A DNA stretch of 64,000 nt. It comes from Laetmonice hystrix. Taxonomy: Eukaryota. Positions 25,201 to 36,985 of this stretch are shown in pieces (the stretch's first letter is position 1; every line of letters starts with the position of its first letter). The notes under the pieces are model-generated. The model was not told the DNA's origin and searched no databases. It saw only the letters and a program-made list of their open reading frames with translations. The position numbers and the translations under genes were made by a program. The stretch spans positions 44,766,001-44,830,000 of the forward strand of contig OZ249436.1 in assembly GCA_965235115.1 (NCBI GenBank), read 5' to 3'.

Positions 25201-28200
25201 CCTCAGTACGACGGCATCCCCCACTGTGGTAGGTCTCATTGTCCTCAGTACGACGGTCTCACCCACTGTGGGAGGTTGTCATCAGTACGACGGTCTCATC
25301 CACTGTGGGAGGTTGTCCTCAGTACGACGGTCTCACCCACTGTGGGAGGTTGTCCTCAGTACGACGGTCTCACCCACTGTGGTAGGTTGTCCTCAGTACG
25401 ACGGTTTCACCCACTGTGGTAGGTCTCATTGTCTCCAGTACGACGGTCTCACCCACTGTGGTAGGTTGTCCTCAGTACGACGGTCTCACCCACTGTGGTA
25501 GGTCTCATTGTCCTCAGTACGACGGTCTCACCCACTGTGGTAGGTTGTCCTCAGTACGACGGTCTCACCCACTGTGGTAGGTCTCATTGTCCTCAGTACG
25601 ACGGCATCACCCACTGTGGTAGGTTGTCCTCAGTACGACGGTCTCCCCCACTGTGGTAGGTTGTCCTCAGTACGACGGTCTCACCCACTGTGGTAGGTCT
25701 CATTGTCCTCAGTACGACGGTCTCACCCACGGTGGTAGGTTGTCCTCAGTACGACGGTCTCACCCACTGTGGTAGGTCTCATTGTCCTCAGTACGACGGT
25801 CTCACCCGTAGGTTGTCCTCAGTACGACGGTCTCACCCACTGTGGTAGGTTGTCCTCAGTACGACGGTCTCACCCACTGTGGTAGGTTGTCCTCAGTACG
25901 ACGGTCTCACCCACTGTGGTAGGTTGTCCTCAGTACGACGGTCTCACCCGTAGGTTGTCCTCAGTACGACGGTCTCACCCACTGTGGTAGGTTGTCCTCA
26001 GTACGACGGTCTCACCCACTGTGGTAGGTTGTCCTCAGTACGACGGTCTCACCCGTAGGTTGTCCTCAGTACGACGGTCTCACCCACTGTGGTAGGTTGT
26101 CCTCAGTACGACGGTCTCACCCACTGTGGTAGGTCGTCCTCAGTACGACGGTCTTACCCACTGTGGTAGGTCTCATTGTCCTCGGTACGACGGTCTCACC
26201 CACTGTGGTAGGTTGTCCTCAGTACGACGGTCTCACCCACTGTGGTAGGTCTCATTGTCCTCAGTACGACGGTCTCACCCACTGTGGTAGGTTGTCCTCA
26301 GTACGACGGTCTCACCCACTGTGGTAGGTTGTCCTCAGTACGACGGTCTCACCCACTGTGGTAGGTTGTCCTCAGTACGACGGTCTCACCCACTGTGGTA
26401 GGTCTCATTGTCCTCAATACGACGGTCTCACCCACTGTGGTAGGTGTCATTGTCCTCAGTACGACGGTCTCACCCACTGTGGTAGGTTGTCCTCAGTACG
26501 ACGGTCTCACCCACTGTGGTAGGTTGTCCTCAGTACGACGGTCTCACCCACTGTGGTAGGTCTCCTTGTCCTCAGTACGACGGTCTCACCCACTGTGGTA
26601 GGTTGTCCTCAGTACGACGGTCTCACCCACTGTGGTAGGTTGTCCTCAGTACGACGGTCTCGCCCACTGTGGTAGGTCTCATTGTCCTCAGTACGACGGT
26701 CTCACCCACTGTGGTAGGTGTCATTGTCCTCAGTACGACGGTCTCACCCACTGTGGTAGGTCTCATTGTCCTCAGTACGACGGTCTCACCCACTGTGGTA
26801 GGTCTCATTGTCTCCAGTACGACGGTCTCACCCACTGTGGTAGGTTGTCCTCAGTACGACGGTCTCACCCACTGTGGTAGGTCTCATTGTCCTCAGTACG
26901 ACGGTCTCACCCACTGTGGTAGGTTGTCCTCAGTACGACGGTCTCACCCACTGTGGTAGGTCTCATTGTCCTCAGTACGACGGCATCACCCACTGTGGTA
27001 GGTTGTCCTCAGTACGACGGTCTCCCCCACTGTGGTAGGTTGTCCTCAGTACGACGGTCTCACCCACTGTGGTAGGTCTCATTGTCCTCAGTACGACGGT
27101 CTCACCCACGGTGGTAGGTTGTCCTCAGTACGACGGTCTCACCCACTGTGGTAGGTCTCATTGTCCTCAGTACGACGGTCTCACCCGTAGGTTGTCCTCA
27201 GTACGACGGTCTCACCCACTGTGGTAGGTTGTCCTCAGTACGACGGTCTCACCCACTGTGGTAGGTTGTCCTCAGTACGACGGTCTCACCCACTGTGGTA
27301 GGTTGTCCTCAGTACGACGGTCTCACCCGTAGGTTGTCCTCAGTACGACGGTCTCACCCACTGTGGTAGGTTGTCCTCAGTACGACGGTCTCACCCACTG
27401 TGGTAGGTTGTCCTCAGTACGACGGTCTCACCCGTAGGTTGTCCTCAGTACGACGGTCTCACCCACTGTGGTAGGTTGTCCTCAGTACGACGGTCTCACC
27501 CACTGTGGTAGGTCGTCCTCAGTACGACGGTCTTACCCACTGTGGTAGGTCTCATTGTCCTCGGTACGACGGTCTCACCCACTGTGGTAGGTTGTCCTCA
27601 GTACGACGGTCTCACCCACTGTGGTAGGTCTCATTGTCCTCAGTACGACGGTCTCACCCACTGTGGTAGGTTGTCCTCAGTACGACGGTCTCACCCACTG
27701 TGGTAGGTTGTCCTCAGTACGACGGTCTCACCCACTGTGGTAGGTTGTCCTCAGTACGACGGTCTCACCCACTGTGGTAGGTCTCATTGTCCTCAATACG
27801 ACGGTCTCACCCACTGTGGTAGGTGTCATTGTCCTCAGTACGACGGTCTCACCCACTGTGGTAGGTTGTCCTCAGTACGACGGTCTCACCCACTGTGGTA
27901 GGTTGTCCTCAGTACGACGGTCTCACCCACTGTGGTAGGTCTCCTTGTCCTCAGTACGACGGTCTCACCCACTGTGGTAGGTTGTCCTCAGTACGACGGT
28001 CTCACCCACTGTGGTAGGTTGTCCTCAGTACGACGGTCTCGCCCACTGTGGTAGGTCTCATTGTCCTCAGTACGACGGTCTCACCCACTGTGGTAGGTTG
28101 TCCTCAGTACGACGGTCTCACCCACTGTGGTAGGTTGTCCTCAGTACGACGGTCTCACCCACTGTGGTAGGTTGTCCTCAGTACGACGGTCTCACCCACT

Positions 28201-28450
28201 GGGGTAGGTTGTCCTCAGTACGACGGTCTCACCCACTGTGGTAGGTCTCATTGTCCTCAGTACGACGGTCTCACCCACTGTGGTAGGTTGTCCTCAGTAC
28301 GACGGTCTCACCCACTGTGGTAGGTTGTCCTCAGTACGACGGTCTCACCCACTGTGGTAGGTTGTCCTCAGTACGACGGCATCACCCACTGTGGTAGGTT
28401 GTCCTCAGTACGACGGTCTCACCCACTGTGGTAGGTTTCCTCAGTACGAC
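19241..28450 (+). repeat. Intronic 37/42-bp satellite, roughly 240 units, derived from the exon 3 end plus donor site
   Basis: Unit ggt(ctcat)tgtcctcagtacgacggtctcacccactgtggta; the first unit overlaps the last 33 coding nt. Confidence 0.97.
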
Positions 28451-28890
28451 TAACCCCCCCCCCCCCCCATCCCGTTAATAGTTTCGAGGACATGTTCCCA
28501 TCACCCTCTGAACCCGCTCTGGCACGTCTGGGATGGGGACTTACAGCGGGAAGGCGAACCCACCACCAACCAATAGATGGCGTGGCAGTAACTGCGGTAT
28601 GACTGCTCGTAGGCCGGTAGCACCAGGTGGCGTATTTGGTCGTACAACACATGAACTCTTTGCAGCAGTTTGAATAAAAGGAATATACATGTGTACTGTA
28701 GAAAGGATGAGAGAACTTGAGGCATTGCTTCTATGATATTTGCGAGTGCTAGTGAACCTAGTGTTGCGAAATCAGCCGTAACCTAGAAACAAGAGTGTTT
28801 AATTAGAGTCATCGCACGCCCTGACATGACCCCCCCCCCCTGACGATCTGTGTCCACACCTCCACACACATTGTACCACACTGATTGCAG

Positions 28891-29292
28891 GTATCGTATG
28901 GTGAGTCGGAGTGGCAGCTCGGCCGGGCGGTAGGTGCCCCTGGTGGCCGTACCCAGGTCCAAGTCCCTTGCTACCCGATAGCCAGCCTACTGCGGGCCCT
29001 CAACCGGACCAGCGTCGACTACCTCAGTCTGGACGTGAACGGTGCCGAGATGGAAGTGTTGAGGACAATACCGTGGAAGGATGTGGAGGTTAGGACGATC
29101 AGTTTACGATACTGGGACGGTGGTAATCTGGGTCAGCTTGACCAGTATCTGGAGAGAAAGGGTTACTGGGCTTACAACGCGGATCATCACAGTAGCCGTC
29201 CATATCCGTGGGATAACGAGCTGCTCTTTGTAAGGCGACCCGCCGAGCAGGAGGACGAAGTCAGCGAGGAGTATTTACATGAAGTAATGTGA
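28891..29292 (+). CDS. Star-like FkbM protein, exon 4 (VPCYPIASLLRALNRTSVDYLSLDVNGAEMEVLRTIPW...)
   Basis: Matches family pattern VxCFPLxSxLxALNxTxVDYxSLDVEGxExxVLxTIPW; ttgcag acceptor phase 0; TGA at 29290-29292; AATAAA at 29416. Confidence 0.93.
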   Translation, partial: VSYGESEWQLGRAVGAPGGRTQVQVPCYPIASLLRALNRTSVDYLSLDVNGAEMEVLRTIPWKDVEVRTISLRYWDGGNLGQLDQYLERKGYWAYNADHHSSRPYPWDNELLFVRRPAEQEDEVSEEYLHEVM

Positions 29293-29819
29293 TACTTGAG
29301 TATGGGCGGCTGTTCACAAGTATCTCAAGCACTTCATGAGTCAGGATGGCTTTTATCAACCTCATGCTTCATTATAACGCACAGGCAACCTGATATAACA
29401 TCTTATAGTGACGCAAATAAACTGGAAATTGTACACGTATTCTTCACCTGTCGGTGTATAGGCCTATTTTATGTCCGCTCCAGATACATAGGTGCTTTGT
29501 CTTGAGACTTTTATTGAAACACAACAGTAAGCTACAGTAACTACATGCCATCATATATGACACAGAGATGATAAAACAGAAATACAACATTCCGCCAATT
29601 TCTGTGTGACCGTACCGGTTGTTCTTACACACGGTGACACCCATGCTCATACTGGAAGTCCAATGTTTTGAATATAAAGACGTTACTAACTTGTGGACTC
29701 ATCCATTTGATCAACTTTGTTTGAATTCCGAACTCAAGCTTATGAAATGAAGTACAAGTTAGTAAATGAATGTTTCTATCCGCCCTTCGCTCATGCATCG
29801 TCTATTCAGGCTGAGCCTA

Positions 29820-30068
29820 TACTGCCGTGAAATGACAAAAGGAAGCAAGTCCAACTTTCATCACAATCGACTTAAGTGTAAATTCGGATTCAGGGAAGTA
29901 AGTCCTATCTATCAATGGGTGTATTTCTGCTAAACATCCTTCTATGAAGCTATCAGTCACATGACAGAAGGAAGCATGTCCATCCAACTGCACTGTAGAG
30001 ACAACTTGTTTATGTCCATTTCTCGAAACTTGAACTTTTGGACTTCCTTTTGTCATTTCACGGCAGTA
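29820..30068. mobile_element. Tc1/mariner-type MITE (second copy at 55499-55751)
   Basis: 26-bp TIR TACTGCCGTGAAATGACAAAAGGAAG, TA flanks, dispersed second copy. Confidence 0.85.
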
Positions 30069-30454
30069 TAGTGCTCATCATTTTTTGAAGGGCACTTGGT
30101 TAATCAGACCAAAGAAGTCGCCTTTCAACCTCTTAAGCAACATTAAAGGCCCATTGATGTAAAAGCAATATATTTGTAATTATGCAAAATATCTTATCTA
30201 CACAGGGGGATCTGGCTTTATAGTTAATTTACTTTTGACAGCTAAAACTACATAATAATCAATCACACTCGACATGAGCATACTGTCGTGTTTGTTAAAC
30301 CCTTCATACTCAGAACCATAGTGCAGAACAAATGTTTTCAATGGCTCCATGCGCAATTGTCTTTGTAATATACTTTTATCGAGCTACAGTCGCCCAAGAG
30401 TCAGGAGTAATCCTAAAACTGCGACCAGGCCAGCCATTCTCCATCTAACATTAA

Positions 30455-31367
30455 AGGGGCACAATTTGAGGAATCGCATTTAAAAAAAAAAGTTTTGGAT
30501 CTTTTGTGAGGCATTCTATAGTTAAATGTAAAACATTGGTGGAAAATTTCAGTGTTCATTTTGGGGGCTGCCTGTGGCTTGATTACAGGCCAATCAATGA
30601 ATCTTCATGGTAAGAATATTTCGAGGGTTCCATGCCAAAAGGTCATAACTAGCATTTTTGGCCAAACACTGATTTTGAACGAGCCTGGTTCTTTAAACAA
30701 TTCTGCTTTGTTTAATCCAGAGATGGGCTTTCTGCCTTAATTAGAAGTAGAGTTTTTGTTAAAAAACGAAAAGCCTTATCTAGCCATACACTAAAATCTA
30801 TTTTGCCAAAAAATATTATGTAGTGATATGATGTTTTGTTTGGCACAGGTCATTTGCTAATTTGGAGTTTTCATCATACCTAAAAATCTTAATTGGAAAA
30901 ATATTGTTTTGGACGCCAAAGATTTGTCCAGAAAGGGAGTTGGCGGCATCGTCAAAAAGCATTAAGTAGATTTAGAGCATTTTGGGGGGAATTATAATTT
31001 AATGTGTTTCATAAGACGTGACCGGGAAAATGACACATGCTTGTTAACAACATTTTGGCAGTAACCCACATAAATAATAAAATAATGTAAAATTATGCCA
31101 AAAGGACGTAAGTCAAATACATGGTTTTAAATTATATTTACATATATCAATTAGTAGTACTTTAAATTAAAATGCTTCACTAAAAGTTATGTTAAAGATT
31201 CAAAGTACAGATCCAAACAGAATAGAAAATATTAAGTTTTTCTTAATTTTCTCAAAACAACCAAAACCATAGTTAGGACCTTTTGGCATGGAACCCTCGA
31301 TTTATTTCGGACATCTTTATGTTATCATATAAGAAAAACGTAAAGTCAGTGGAAAACTTGTGTCCCT
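30455..31367. mobile_element. Kolobok-like element hosting a nested insertion
   Basis: TTAA|AGGGGCACAA ... TTGTGTCCCT|TTAA. Confidence 0.55.
30622..31299. mobile_element. Sola-like non-autonomous DNA transposon
   Basis: ~30-bp TIR CGAGGGTTCCATGCCAAAAGGTC(A/C)TAACTA; 4-bp ATTT TSD (AWWT, as in Sola1). Confidence 0.75.
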
Positions 31368-32109
31368 TTAAGATGTAACCGCGCTGTCTAAACAAGACTG
31401 GCTGATACTTCCGACTAAACACACAGACAAGCGATGTTTTTCACACAAGAGTACACATGTAGTATAGTTATGGTTAGGGACTGTACGTCGCTTTCGTAAT
31501 CGAAAAATTCTGATTCCTATGTAACATTACTGTTACCTCACCCGTTCAGCCAGCCCAGAACGTCCATGTGTCACTGACTCAGACAAAATCTCTATACTGT
31601 AGCAAATCTTTCGCGCTTGTTTTTTTTGTATTACTCCCTGCATGTTCCCAAACTTGTCTACATACTTTCATGTAAACCTTGCAATGTCAAACAGATACAA
31701 TATACATGTTACCTACAACAAACAGAAAAACGCCATCAATAAAACATAGTTCGACAGTATTTCACCGAACGCCTTCCGATTTGAAATGGAAGGGCGTCAC
31801 GTAACCTTTAATATAAAAGTAACAGGCGCGCCATCTATACGAGTGGGAGCTTGCTGGCCAAACCTCACCCTTATTACGAATTAATCCACGTATGTTAGGG
31901 TTAATTGTTGTGGGAATATAATATTTCTGTGCAATTAAGGTCAGACAGAATCAGTTTAACTTTGGGACTAGAATATATCCCGCCAATATACACTAGTTAA
32001 CATAACAGTCACTTATAATCACATATTTAGCAGGCATTGGGGTATACATTTTGCTGCCATTATACTTATATACTCTTTCCACATTTGGCGCGCGATTCAC
32101 ATTATATTG

Positions 32110-32237
32110 CACTGGGGGATCCAGGGGGCCCCCCTTAGATTTTCCTTCTTTTTTTATGTTATGGTTATATTTGAATAATGTATAGCATTTGAATACAATT
32201 TTGGTGCCCCCTTATCAAAATCCTGGATCCCCCACTG
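32110..32237. mobile_element. hAT-like MITE with 5-bp TSD (same family as 51455-51630)
   Basis: CACTGGGGGATCCAGG / CCTGGATCCCCCACTG; TATTG on both sides. Confidence 0.75.
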
Positions 32238-32646
32238 TATTGGACCGCGTCGACACCATCAGATATATAACGACGAATATATATTGATGATAAACTGCCC
32301 ACACATTCATGATTTACTAACACCCATAGGCAGTCTTAAATTGACATGCACGACGCCATATTGTCACCTATCATATTATATCAGTTACTGTTACCCAGTT
32401 ATACAATACATACTTCTCTACTGGCACTGCGAAATACTGGGTGTGGTTTCACACGACGGAGCGAACCGTCCGAAACCGCTGCAAAACTAACTGCAGAATC
32501 CACACCATTCACATTAGCATACAATGCACATCAATGTGCGTCGTGAAATCCTTTTCACACTACAGAATGAATCAATCCAATCGGATTGGGCCTCTCTAGT
32601 CTGAATGGTACGAATTCTACAACAATTCGTCACAATGCGCTTTCTG

Positions 32647-32920
32647 GGCTCTAGTGTGAAAACGGCCTGAGGATTCCATCACTGTAGTCCAGTGGCTCTA
32701 GTGTGAAAACGGCCCGAGGATTCCATCACTGTAGTCCAGTGGCTCTAGTGTGAAAACGGCCTGAGGATTCCATCACTGTAGTCCAGTGGCTCTAGTGTGA
32801 AAACGGCCCGAGGATTCCATCACTGTAGTCCAGTGGCTCTAGTGTGAAAACGGCCTCAGGATTCCATCACTGTAGTCCAGTGACTCTATATAGTGTGAAA
32901 ACGGCCTCGAGGATTCCATC
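32647..32920. repeat. 47-bp minisatellite, ~5.7 copies
   Basis: Unit gctctagtgtgaaaacggcc(t/c)gaggattccatcactgtagtccagtg. Confidence 0.93.
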
Positions 32921-33608
32921 ATAATTTGTATTCACTGTAATCCATGCATGTAACCTTTTTCTTGTATTGCCGAGTTGCCCCTAAGCCACCAAATATAATT
33001 ATGCAAGAATTATAAATACTATAGCGTATGACCGTACGAAGTCCAATTACCCAGACGATCAACTTAATTACTTTGGCTCGCCATTCCCTGATCCCTTCCA
33101 ATTAGAATACTACTCAAGTAATCCTGATTATAATCATTATATCGTCCGCGTAGTTCGTCTTGTAGCGATGGCAGTGGCGTCCGATGTAATACTTCCGCCA
33201 CTGATACAAATCCTAGTATAAAGGCCTATAATGTCCTGTCACAAAGCACAGAGTAATATTGGTATCGGCGTGCTGACGACGATATCCTTGTTTATATTTC
33301 TTTGTTACATGGATGAGGAGAATATGCAGCCGCGACGTTTTCAATCCCCAAGTCTCTGTTCAGACTATTCATGGTTTCCTCGCAGTCACACTGACGTGTT
33401 TCCTTGAAGTAAGTCCAGGAATACACGTCAGAAACAATTGGTGATGACGGCGGAGTTGTAACAGTTTCTCTGATTGTACGTATTGTTTCAAATCTCTGGC
33501 TGGTGGGACGCTGTCTACATGTCTACTGACTCCCGGAAAGAAATCTCTCAGCTTTCACTTCCCGTACACTTCCATTACTGGCCTGTCGAGTAAACCGCCA
33601 CATTAACC

Positions 33609-33714
33609 TCTAATTAAAATTAGATCTTGGTATTCCGCGTCTCTCTCGGCTGTGTCAGTGCTGCCGCGTATGGAGCGCATGTGAAATAACTAAGACCTAA
33701 TTTTAATTAGATTG
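33609..33714. mobile_element. Small MITE
   Basis: TCTAATTAAAATTAG(A/G)TCTT inverted ends; CATTAACC repeated on both sides. Confidence 0.6.
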
Positions 33715-34007
33715 CATTAACCTACACCTTCAGGATAGGGGGGGGGGTGTCCATTTGTCCAGTTTTTTTTGTCAATTTGAGACAAAAGGTGATACATAAT
33801 AGCGAAAGCGTATATTACAGGCTAAAGTGAAATGCTTTTATAGGAGTTATCTGGCGCCCTTCGTAATGTCCTTCACGGACATCGTAATAGACAAATCCGC
33901 AGCGTTTCATCGCCACCATTCAACAGGTCCGTCAGAATTGGATGAGAATATTGAGGATTCAATTAGATCAGAAATGCCATTTTAATGGGAACCAAATGTG
34001 AAACGAT

Positions 34008-34862
34008 TTACACATTGGCAGCCGAATTACCCACACCTTCGCCCACGTGGGTGGTCGTCAGTAACGTGTAACTGGCCTTTTTTGTTCCGGCGCTATTGGC
34101 TGTTTTATTTTTTATTGTCATTTCCATGGCGCCAGTATCGGCAGTGGTGGGACTATACTTGGCTACTGTCCGGGTGATATCTGTGTTTAGCGTGTACTCA
34201 GTCCGATTCAATGTGTACTCTGAACGTGTGCTTGCTGTCGATTCAAAATACGCTCTTCCACTGCGAGACTTGGATCCGCAAGGGAACACACTGCTGACAA
34301 AACCGCGGGCACATTTCAGGTTGGCATTGAAGAGCAGAAACACGTAAGGGTTGGCGGCGGAGTTAGCGCTGGCCATCCCGCCCATGATGGAAGCCACCAG
34401 ACCTGGAATCTGCCCGAAGTTTCCGTACGAATAAACAGCTTCCAGGATGTGGTAAGGAAGACCACACACGATGAAGGCAATGACGATTACAAGCGCCATC
34501 TTCAATGTCTTCACCTTGGCCTTGGGCAGCGAGCTGGATGGCGTGCTCTGAAGGTGCACTTTACCCGGTTTTATCGTCTGCTTTTTCCCGCTCTTGCTCT
34601 CATTCGCTTTCTCCGCTATTTTCAAGAAGATACGGACGTAGCAGACGACAAGTATGAAGAACGGGATGTAGAAAACTACGATAGAGATGAATGTAAGGAA
34701 GGCTTGTCGCTCGCCGTGAGGCCGGTGGCGGAAGTTGGGTTCGCAGACCGTTTTGTTTTGAAAGATTCCAGGGGCTTCGACAGTGTTCACATGAAATACA
34801 ATCAGCATGGGCAGGGAGATGAGACCAGACAGTGTCCACGCTACCAACGTCATCTTCCAAAC
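34008..34862 (-). CDS. Class A neuropeptide GPCR (vasopressin/GnRH/CCAP superfamily; achatin-receptor-like candidate), coding exon 3 (TM4-TM7 and tail)
   Basis: AWxxSxxxSLP (TM4), FYIP..CY (TM5), PKAKVKTLKM (superfamily ICL3 motif), NSAANPYVF (TM7); ctctcccag acceptor. Confidence 0.93.
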   Translation of the reverse strand, partial: VWKMTLVAWTLSGLISLPMLIVFHVNTVEAPGIFQNKTVCEPNFRHRPHGERQAFLTFISIVVFYIPFFILVVCYVRIFLKIAEKANESKSGKKQTIKPGKVHLQSTPSSSLPKAKVKTLKMALVIVIAFIVCGLPYHILEAVYSYGNFGQIPGLVASIMGGMASANSAANPYVFLLFNANLKCARGFVSSVFPCGSKSRSGRAYFESTASTRSEYTLNRTEYTLNTDITRTVAKYSPTTADTGAMEMTIKNKTANSAGTKKASYTLLTTTHVGEGVGNSAANV

Positions 34863-35266
34863 CTGGGAGAGGAAAGCCATTGATTTCAGAGATCAAGAAT
34901 TTAATATCATGTTGTCTATCACGTCCTATTAAACTCCACAATCATTTGCAGTTTTCATAACATGGTCGAAAACGATTGAATAATTGTAAAGATATCACGT
35001 GATAGCTCATTGCCTTAGTTTTATTATAAAAATATAAAAAACACAAATCGAACCATAGTTTGGACATATTATTTCTCTATGACCCCATAAGGCGCTAAGC
35101 ACCGGATACAAGAGTTAGAACGCAGTAACGTAAGGCGGTCGAAGTATGCTTTGGGCCACTTTCATCAAGATGTGCGTGTCTTCCGGCCAGTACAAATATC
35201 AACCCACTGTGAGTGGGGGAAACGTTTACCCCTACAATCAGGAGGTGGGGAGGTGGACATACTGAC

Positions 35267-35402
35267 CGCGAACGGTTCCCGGAGTGGAGCCCGGATGGCC
35301 TGGTGGCGGTCAATGCTCAGTACAACTAACATATAGCTGGACGCGATCAGCACCAGGCTCTGCATGTACTTGCACATCTTGCACAGGACATCACCGATAC
35401 TC
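35267..35402 (-). CDS. GPCR coding exon 2 (WSIGDVLCKMCKYMQ...SIDRHQAIRAPLREPFA, TM3)
   Basis: WxxGxxxCK and DRH motifs; tgtttcag acceptor phase 2, GTCAGT donor phase 0. Confidence 0.92.
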
Positions 35403-36421
35403 CTGAAACAGACGTGGAGGCAGAGGTATTATGGACATGTATGCAAGGATTTACCAGGGTCTACAATATGCAATCAGGGGCGTGGGAGATGGCTGGTATA
35501 CGACGGGGACATGTCATTTTCCAAAGGTCAAACCTTTGGGAATAAGTTTAACGGCTGGTTCCGAAGAGGCAGAAGATAAACCATGCTTCAACCATTCAAA
35601 GTAGCTTCCTATCTTCTGCTATATGCATACATGACGTATACCTGAATTAGATTTTTGTAAGGCCCCCTACACAAAGACATAATGTTCAGGCAACCTTAGC
35701 ATACAAGGTTTGTATGGAATCTCTATATTGCATAATAAAGAAGAAAAAAAAACCACTTTCAAATGGGACCAGGTTCCACTTGCTCGACTTGGAAATCAGC
35801 CCAGCAGAGTATTGAGAGTGTGATGGAATACAAGGGACGAAATGAATCAGAGTGGCCACTGTTAGAGTTTAGCACTGCAGCACGTTTTGTTCTGGCTGAT
35901 GACAAACAACCCGGGCGACAGTTCGTGACGTCATTAGCCACACGCTGCTGCCTCGTGGAAACATTCTGAGCTAAATGTCTTCTGGATTGCTTTGGAAGCT
36001 TTATCGTCTAACTCCACAACACATTGCTACTCAACTTCTTTTAAAGAACCCCCCCCCCCTCATATCTTACAAATATCCCAGTTATCCGAGTTACCTCATC
36101 CAGAAGGTTGCCCCAAAGGAAGTTCCTCCGGAACAGCAGTGAGAACCTGACCTTACGACCTTATACCTAAGGGGGGCTATGTGTTTTTTGGGAAAAAACC
36201 CACATCTTCACCAACCACAGGGGGGGGGATAGGCTGGTCATCAAACTACATAAAAAATAGTGTGTATAGTCAAAATGTGAAAAAAATAGTTTGATTAATG
36301 CTTATAACGAAAAAAAGATACCTTTGGCCTGGGGGCAAAAACCATAGCCCCCGGTATCAAATAGTCCGCCCCTTAATCAACATGCAATGTGCGTTAAGGT
36401 GTTTTGTAATGATTTACTGAC

Positions 36422-36738
36422 CAGTGCCTGTCGAAGTATTCCCATATTAGTTGCGGTAGGCATGCACAAAGGATGACGAACAGGTCGCTGAGCGCCACCT
36501 GGAGGATGACGGCGTTGACACGTGACTTCCGGCGTCGATTATACCAGAGCCATGAGCAGACAAACATCCCCCCGATGGTTCCGACAACTACTTGAACCCA
36601 CAGAATGATAATCCGAACATCACGATCGAACTCGGCGTCCGCGACGTGTCCTGGTATCTCGATCAGGTCATTCGTGTCGGTGTTGTCACGTGGGGCGCGC
36701 GTCGTGACGTCGGTTGTTAACGTCTCGTATGTCGTCAT
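36422..36738 (-). CDS. GPCR coding exon 1 (N-terminus, TM1, TM2)
   Basis: RRRKSRVN ICL1, ALSDLFV TM2, PQLIWE; TG|GTCAGT donor; an acceptor at 36790 implies an upstream non-coding exon. Confidence 0.9.
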
Positions 36739-36871
36739 GGTGACGTGGTCACCCTGCCAGAGTCCAGATCTGATTTCGGCAGGTCTAGTCTACAACATAA
36801 TAAACATATAGGTTTCATTGGAAAAAGGCTGAATATGTGTATCATGTCATCACAACCACCGGCAAGATAAT

Positions 36872-36985
36872 GAAGAAGAAGAAGAAGAAGAAGAAGAAGA
36901 AGAAGAAGAAGAAGAAGAAGAAGAAGAAGAAAAAAAGAAGAAGAAGAAGAAGTAGAAGAAGGAGAAGGAGAAGGAGAAGAAGGAA
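36872..36985. repeat. (GAA)n / purine-rich microsatellite
   Basis: Seen directly. Confidence 0.95.

Noticed and set aside
19308..26959. Repetitive Cys/His-rich ORFs (CPQYDGLTHCGR)
   Set aside because: Translation artefacts of the satellite, constantly frameshifted by 37-bp units
19241..28450. 37-bp repeats suggestive of a CRISPR array
   Set aside because: No unique spacers, no cas genes, eukaryotic intronic context
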